40,297 nucleotides of DNA, taken from positions 1-40,297 of the IMG/VR virus record IMGVR_UViG_3300014208_000016; one strand, written 5' to 3'. Positions 35,201 to 40,297 of this stretch are shown piece by piece. Position 1 is the first letter of the stretch. Each line of letters opens with the position of its first letter. The translations under genes were made by a program, and so were the position numbers. A model generated the notes under the pieces. The model did not search any database. It worked only from the letters and a program-made list of their open reading frames with translations, and was not told the origin of the DNA. This stretch comes from a virus. Taxonomy: Duplodnaviria; Caudoviricetes.

Positions 35201-37183
35201 ATGACAGGAACTAACTTTACCTGGACACGTATGTCAGGTGGATTCAGAAAAGTGCAAGACGCATTAGAAGCTATAGATGCAGCATGGAATACAACAATAG
35301 CAGACAGCGCAGTTACTAATGCCAAAGTTAGCGCAACGGCAGCTATAGCGTTTTCAAAATTAGCAACATTAACAAGTGGTAATGTTTTAGTAGGGAATGG
35401 TTCCAACGTTGCAACTTCCGTTGCAGTGACAGGGGATATTGCTATAAGCAATGCAGGACTTGTGTCAATTACATCAGATTCTATAATTAATGCTGACATT
35501 AAAACAGATGCAGCAATCGCATGGTCTAAACTCGCAACATCAACAGATATTAGTACAGCAGGTAAAGTAACGGATTTAACCATAACTGGTGAAGCACAGG
35601 GTGAAATACTTTATTTTGATGGTACAAACTGGACTAGTCTTGGGGTAGGAACAGCTGGGCAAGCGTTAGTGACAGCAGGAGCAGCATCAAATCCATACTG
35701 GGGAGAACCGGTAGCAACATTAGCTTCAAAACTAACAAACACTTATCAAATAGAGTCAGGGACTTATGATGTAGTACACGCAGTAACCGCCCAAACAACA
35801 TCAGCACCAACATTAACAATTCCAGATTTTGCAGGAGCTGCGGACACTTATGCTTTCTTGGGACTTGCGCAAACATTCACAGGAGTTAAAACCTTCGCGA
35901 ACGAAGGCATACATATACTTGATACTAACGCAACTCATGATTTAGTTCTCAAGGCTGGTTCTGATTTATCAGCTGATAGAATTTTAACAATCACAACTGG
36001 TGACGCAGCAAGGACAATAACATTAGGTGGAGCTATCACCACTACTGGTGATTTAATAACTGTTGGAGATGATAGTTTAACCTTTACAACAGGTGGAGCA
36101 ACAAATGTAACATTGCCAACATCTGGGACACTCGCCTCACTAACAGGAACTGAAACGTTTACTAATAAAACACTCGATGTTGCAACTACTACCTTTGGTG
36201 CTAATGGTGCATTAACCAAAGCCGCTAAACTTAGCTTATCAGGAGCAACGGCAGACAAAACTACTACTTTAACCTTTGTTCATACTGATGATAGGACGAT
36301 AACTTTTCCTGATGCAAGTGTAACTCTAGCTTCATTAACAGGGACAGAAACCTTAACTAATAAAACACTCACAACTCCTAAGATAGCCACAACTGGTTCA
36401 ATAGTTGATGCAGGTGGTGACGAATATGTAGTATTTACAGAAGCAACAACACCAGTAACATACATAGGTATTACATCAGGAGATACAACAGTAGCCCCAC
36501 AAGTAAGAGGCGCAGGTGAAGATAACACCAACTTATTATTAGCTGGTACTGGTACTGGTAATGTATTTATAGCCGATGGCGCAAATATTACCAAAAAGAT
36601 GAGTTTTGAATTAGTCGGTGCTAGTACAGGTAAAACCATGACTATTACATCTAGTCAAACAGATGATAGAACATTGACCTTACCAGATGCAACCGATACC
36701 CTAATTGGTAAAGCCACAACAGATACGCTGACTAATAAAACATTTGATTGTGATGGTACTGGAAACGTTTTAAGTAATGTTAACGCTACTGAACTTGATT
36801 CGATAGTGCTTGGAGCAACCGCAGTGATGGGTGTTCCTTTTGACATTATTGCAACGGTTACTAATTTAGCTGAAGCAGGTAAGAGTTTAATTCAAAATTC
36901 ACCAATAAAATATCTTATAACAGGTGCTGAATTTATAAATACATCAGCTCCAGACGCAGCAGCTACATGGCAATTATGTCAAGGTACCACAGGAGCTATT
37001 GGAACAGCCATAACAGAAGCAGTAGCAGCAGACAATGCTGATAAAATTAAAACAGTAGCACTAACATTTGATGATGCGGTTTACACAGTACCAAGTGGTA
37101 CAAGTGGAGACCTTTGTATTATCGGTGATGCGTCAGGAACTCTTGACGGTGTTGCTATCGTACATTGTATAAGAATAGATTAA
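35201..37183 (+). CDS. Long T/A/G-rich fibre protein
   Basis: Repeated DRT.T.PD...TL and TETLTNKTL motifs, AAIA.SKLA repeats. Confidence 0.75.
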   Translation: MTGTNFTWTRMSGGFRKVQDALEAIDAAWNTTIADSAVTNAKVSATAAIAFSKLATLTSGNVLVGNGSNVATSVAVTGDIAISNAGLVSITSDSIINADIKTDAAIAWSKLATSTDISTAGKVTDLTITGEAQGEILYFDGTNWTSLGVGTAGQALVTAGAASNPYWGEPVATLASKLTNTYQIESGTYDVVHAVTAQTTSAPTLTIPDFAGAADTYAFLGLAQTFTGVKTFANEGIHILDTNATHDLVLKAGSDLSADRILTITTGDAARTITLGGAITTTGDLITVGDDSLTFTTGGATNVTLPTSGTLASLTGTETFTNKTLDVATTTFGANGALTKAAKLSLSGATADKTTTLTFVHTDDRTITFPDASVTLASLTGTETLTNKTLTTPKIATTGSIVDAGGDEYVVFTEATTPVTYIGITSGDTTVAPQVRGAGEDNTNLLLAGTGTGNVFIADGANITKKMSFELVGASTGKTMTITSSQTDDRTLTLPDATDTLIGKATTDTLTNKTFDCDGTGNVLSNVNATELDSIVLGATAVMGVPFDIIATVTNLAEAGKSLIQNSPIKYLITGAEFINTSAPDAAATWQLCQGTTGAIGTAITEAVAADNADKIKTVALTFDDAVYTVPSGTSGDLCIIGDASGTLDGVAIVHCIRID

Positions 37184-37198
37184 GAGGAGTAATTTAAC

Positions 37199-37345
37199 AT
37201 GAACGAAATCAAGCTAAAGGCAGAAATTTTTGACATTATTGCAGAAACCGAACAAAAACAATACGAAATAAGTGTACTCCATGAAAAAAGATTAAAGTTA
37301 CTCAAAGAGCTTGAAGACTTAAATACCTCAACATGTGAGGGATAA
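37199..37345 (+). CDS. Small coiled-coil protein (48 aa), possible fibre chaperone
   Basis: GAGGAG RBS; MNEIKLKAEIFDII...; follows the fibre. Confidence 0.55.
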   Translation: MNEIKLKAEIFDIIAETEQKQYEISVLHEKRLKLLKELEDLNTSTCEG

Positions 37346-37350
37346 AATTT

Positions 37351-38016
37351 ATGATTGAAATTATAGGAACTAGCCCCGTAACCATGGGGCTTGCTCCCTA
37401 TAAGGGAGAGATTTGGACATTAAATCATGAGTTCACTATTTATAAGAAAACAGATAGACATTTTGATTTCCACAAAAACACGGTAATAAACTTTGATACA
37501 AATTGTCCTTATCATATATTCTTGCAAAGTATTAAGGATAAAGCATGGGTATGTGAACCCGAGAAAGATAAAGAACTCTTCTTTGAATCACTTAGTACCT
37601 ATTTACCAGATGCGAATCTCTATCCTATACAAAAAGCAAAAGACATGTTTGGCAATTATTTTAAGTCTACCATTGATTACTTAATAGCACTAGCTATCAT
37701 AGAAGATAGAAAACAGATAGGTCTATATGGGATAGATTTAGCAGATAGTGTTGAAAGATGGGAACAGAGAAGAAGTTTAGAACATAAAATAGGATATGCT
37801 CAAGCTAAAGGAATAAATATTATAATTCCATCCGAATCTCCTATTTTGAAATCTTCGCATATGTACGGGATAGAAGACGAGCCAGAAGTATTCAAATATT
37901 TAAAAGCTAAAAGAAATGAATTGTCAGCAAGGCTCTTAAATGCTCCTAGTAAAGAGGCAAGAAACTGTTTAATTGGAGCATTACAGAATGTAGAAAGTTT
38001 ACTTAATAACTGGTAA
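37351..38016 (+). CDS. GT29/GT42/Maf-like glycosyltransferase-fold protein
   Basis: IIGT.P, IWTLN, F.STI.Y.IALAI..IGLYGID pattern. Confidence 0.45.
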   Translation: MIEIIGTSPVTMGLAPYKGEIWTLNHEFTIYKKTDRHFDFHKNTVINFDTNCPYHIFLQSIKDKAWVCEPEKDKELFFESLSTYLPDANLYPIQKAKDMFGNYFKSTIDYLIALAIIEDRKQIGLYGIDLADSVERWEQRRSLEHKIGYAQAKGINIIIPSESPILKSSHMYGIEDEPEVFKYLKAKRNELSARLLNAPSKEARNCLIGALQNVESLLNNW

Positions 38017-38031
38017 TTTAAGAAGGACAAT

Positions 38032-39993
38032 ATGTTAGAGAATATAGAGTTATTAGAAGATAGAAAACCAAAACAACTAACTACGTTTCAACTAGAGTCG
38101 CTAGCTGGTGTTATATCACAAAAATATGATGATTGGCTTTTAGCATGTCAACCTCATATTAATGAAATAAAAAAAATACGTAAATATATATACCAATCAC
38201 AAAAAGGTGAACATCCAGAGGGAGACCCATACACATTACCATCTATTTATAAACTCAATGAAGCATTAAAAGCGCATATTAAAGAGAATGTTTATCCAAC
38301 TAACGCATCTGTTTTTGACGTAAAAGGAGACGATGAAGAAAGTCAGGATACAGCTAATTTACATAAATGGGATATTGTAAACGATCTTGAAAAAATGGAT
38401 TTTAAGCATACGAAAGCACGCGCATTTCTAAAAAGTTTCAATGAATCAGGAGAAATGATTGCTCTTGTCGGATTGTCCAAGAAAACCATAAAAAGAAAAA
38501 CAGAGGTTGAAGTACCTCAAATAATAACCGATGAATTTACACCACAAGAGATAAGTACTACAACTATTAAAATTGCCTTGGAAGAGATAGAAGTTCATGA
38601 CGGAGTAGAAGTTTACCCCATCAAATCAGAGGATTTCTATTTTGATACAACAAAGGCAGATAGATTCGATAATCCAGTATGCGGAAAGATAATTAAAAAA
38701 TGGTTATCTTACAATGAAATTATAAATAATAAATCTTACGAATTACTTCAAAAAAATAAATATGGTAAAGAGACTAAAGAGTATCTAAAATCAAGTATCA
38801 AGAATGAAGAACCTAATTTTGATATGTTAACACAGGATACTAGTATACAACAGACTAAAAGACAGATATTTTCAGGAGATCAAACTGAAATATTAGAGTA
38901 TTGGGGTAATATAGTTGTTGATGGGATAGAATTAAATGATTATTTAATAACATTAGCAGGAAATCGAGTTATCAGATGTGAACCTAATCCATATTATAAT
39001 TGTTGTATTGTTTATTATGCTAATGATATACACCCTGACTATAAACGTGGTATATCGCCTCTAAGAGTAGCGTTAAAATCTTCCGATATAGCAACAAACA
39101 TAACTAATGAAATTGTTGATGCGTTTCCTTATATAGCTCTTCCTGTATCCTATGTTCCAAAAGGCGCAATAGTAGATAAAAAAGAAAAACCTAAGCCTGG
39201 TGGAGTCATTGAATACGAAACCGATTTAAACAAAAACGCACCAATACCAATAAATGTGAGTGGAGTTCTCCAAGGATTTAATCTAATTGAATTTTTTGGT
39301 AACCAAACAGAGCAAGCGGTAGGAATGAGCAATGCGATGCTGGGTGCAGCTACAGAAGAAAAGAAAACTGCTACTGAAATAAAAGCCGTTCAAGTGGGTG
39401 GGTCTATTAGAGTTAGTGAAATGATTGATGGTATTAAACAGGGTTTTAATATTCCTGTCATTAAAAAGATCGCAGACCTGAAAGCTAATTTTGAAGAAGG
39501 AGAAAAACCCCTAGGTGTTGCACAAGGTGATGGAAGCGTGAAGCAAGAGACGGTTACCGATGAAGTCAGAAAGGGTAAATATCATTACACCTATATAGAT
39601 TCAAAAGCGTCAATGGAACGTCAGGCTCAATTCAAAGAGGTTCTAGCATTATTGCAAATGGTATTAAAAGTTGATCCTAATGCAGTAAATATTAAAGAAA
39701 TAATTAAATATGGTTTTACTGAAACAGGTATGCAAGATGTTGAAAGATTCTTGCAAACTGATAAACTCGATGAAGCTATTAGGGCAATACTAACAAGAAC
39801 AGGGATAGAAGTTAGTCCTCCAATAGTTGAACAAGCCAAAGAAAAGATTATACCATATTTACCAATGTTAGCACAAAGGATTCTACAAGATGTTCAACAA
39901 CAGAGAACTCAGGCAACTATTCCTAACCAAGGAATGGGAGGAATGTCTCCCAATATTCAAGCAGGAGGTCTACCGTCTAGCAGGGGGCAGTAA
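38032..39993 (+). CDS. Portal protein (P22-like)
   Basis: 653 aa; DFYFD, EILEYWG, NPY, RGISPL, KPGGVI, KTATEI; Q/P/G-rich tail. Confidence 0.85.
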   Translation: MLENIELLEDRKPKQLTTFQLESLAGVISQKYDDWLLACQPHINEIKKIRKYIYQSQKGEHPEGDPYTLPSIYKLNEALKAHIKENVYPTNASVFDVKGDDEESQDTANLHKWDIVNDLEKMDFKHTKARAFLKSFNESGEMIALVGLSKKTIKRKTEVEVPQIITDEFTPQEISTTTIKIALEEIEVHDGVEVYPIKSEDFYFDTTKADRFDNPVCGKIIKKWLSYNEIINNKSYELLQKNKYGKETKEYLKSSIKNEEPNFDMLTQDTSIQQTKRQIFSGDQTEILEYWGNIVVDGIELNDYLITLAGNRVIRCEPNPYYNCCIVYYANDIHPDYKRGISPLRVALKSSDIATNITNEIVDAFPYIALPVSYVPKGAIVDKKEKPKPGGVIEYETDLNKNAPIPINVSGVLQGFNLIEFFGNQTEQAVGMSNAMLGAATEEKKTATEIKAVQVGGSIRVSEMIDGIKQGFNIPVIKKIADLKANFEEGEKPLGVAQGDGSVKQETVTDEVRKGKYHYTYIDSKASMERQAQFKEVLALLQMVLKVDPNAVNIKEIIKYGFTETGMQDVERFLQTDKLDEAIRAILTRTGIEVSPPIVEQAKEKIIPYLPMLAQRILQDVQQQRTQATIPNQGMGGMSPNIQAGGLPSSRGQ

Positions 39994-40078
39994 TCCTGAA
40001 ATAATAGCTGGAATGAAAAAAATAATAGAGATGCCAGAAGAAGCGTATAAAAGGTTAGAAGCAGATGGTAGAGAATAA
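39890..40078 (+). CDS. Small protein overlapping the portal 3' end
   Basis: 62 aa with AAGGA RBS; usual post-portal position. Confidence 0.6.
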   Translation: MFNNRELRQLFLTKEWEECLPIFKQEVYRLAGGSNPEIIAGMKKIIEMPEEAYKRLEADGRE

Positions 40079-40297
40079 TGCTATATATGGCAAGATAGCA
40101 AAAACAAATCAGACATTAGATAATTCTATAAATGCAAGTTTTAGTTCGTTAACTATAAACATATCAACTATCGAAGCAAATTTAAGCACTTTAAGCATGA
40201 ATATATCTTATATAAACGACAAGATAGGTGAAATTACAGACACTTATATAGACAGTACTTTATTTGGTGTTATTTCTAAAGACAATATGTACAACTA
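40065..40297 (+). CDS. 5' part of virion protein paralog A (continues to 475)
   Basis: Open frame MVENNAIYGKIAKTNQTL... runs through the terminal overlap. Confidence 0.75.
   Translation, partial: MVENNAIYGKIAKTNQTLDNSINASFSSLTINISTIEANLSTLSMNISYINDKIGEITDTYIDSTLFGVISKDNMYN
40175..40297. repeat. Terminal direct repeat, right copy
   Basis: Identical to 1-123. Confidence 0.95.

Noticed and set aside
35176-36846. Several - strand ORFs opposite the fibre gene (similar ones at 1156, 10223, 12033 and 14073-15755)
   Set aside because: Antisense shadows of biased codon usage, without RBS or recognisable motifs.
1-40297. Stop-codon recoding or tRNA genes
   Set aside because: Core genes are full length and densely packed under the standard code, TAA, TAG and TGA all end genes, and no cloverleaf or T-loop motif was seen in intergenic gaps.

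Overview
The window is an apparently complete, circular, AT-rich tailed-phage genome of about 40,174 bp; bases 1-123 repeat exactly at 40175-40297. The architecture is podovirus-like. The + strand late arm runs TerS, DUF1064 nuclease, TerL, a 660-aa fibre, a GT29/Maf-like protein, portal, two paralogous virion proteins, scaffold, major capsid, adaptor, nozzle, GNAT, four ejection-type proteins, tail fibres with a LamG-like RBP, holin, M15 endolysin and a metallophosphoesterase. The mostly - strand early arm carries HTH regulators, a stand-alone DnaE PHP fragment, a dATP/dGTP diphosphohydrolase-like protein, a PD-(D/E)XK nuclease, a DUF4406-like protein, a DUF6745-like repeat protein with its partner, a Zn-finger/TOPRIM primase, a permuted NlpC/P60 enzyme and an adenine methyltransferase. 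I recognised no integrase, helicase, DNA polymerase, tRNA, CRISPR array or reverse transcriptase. The most interesting signals are: (i) a promoter-led, GC-rich multi-hairpin element between the SSB-like and primase genes that resembles a primosome-assembly site or R-loop origin; (ii) TTTACA-type direct repeats at a near-fixed distance from six sigma70 promoters; (iii) a truncated dnaE N-terminus bracketed by duplicated HTH 3' ends; (iv) several candidate small RNAs and antisense mini-cassettes; (v) a protein-identical but codon-scrambled fibre repeat. All family assignments come from motif recognition by eye, not database searches.
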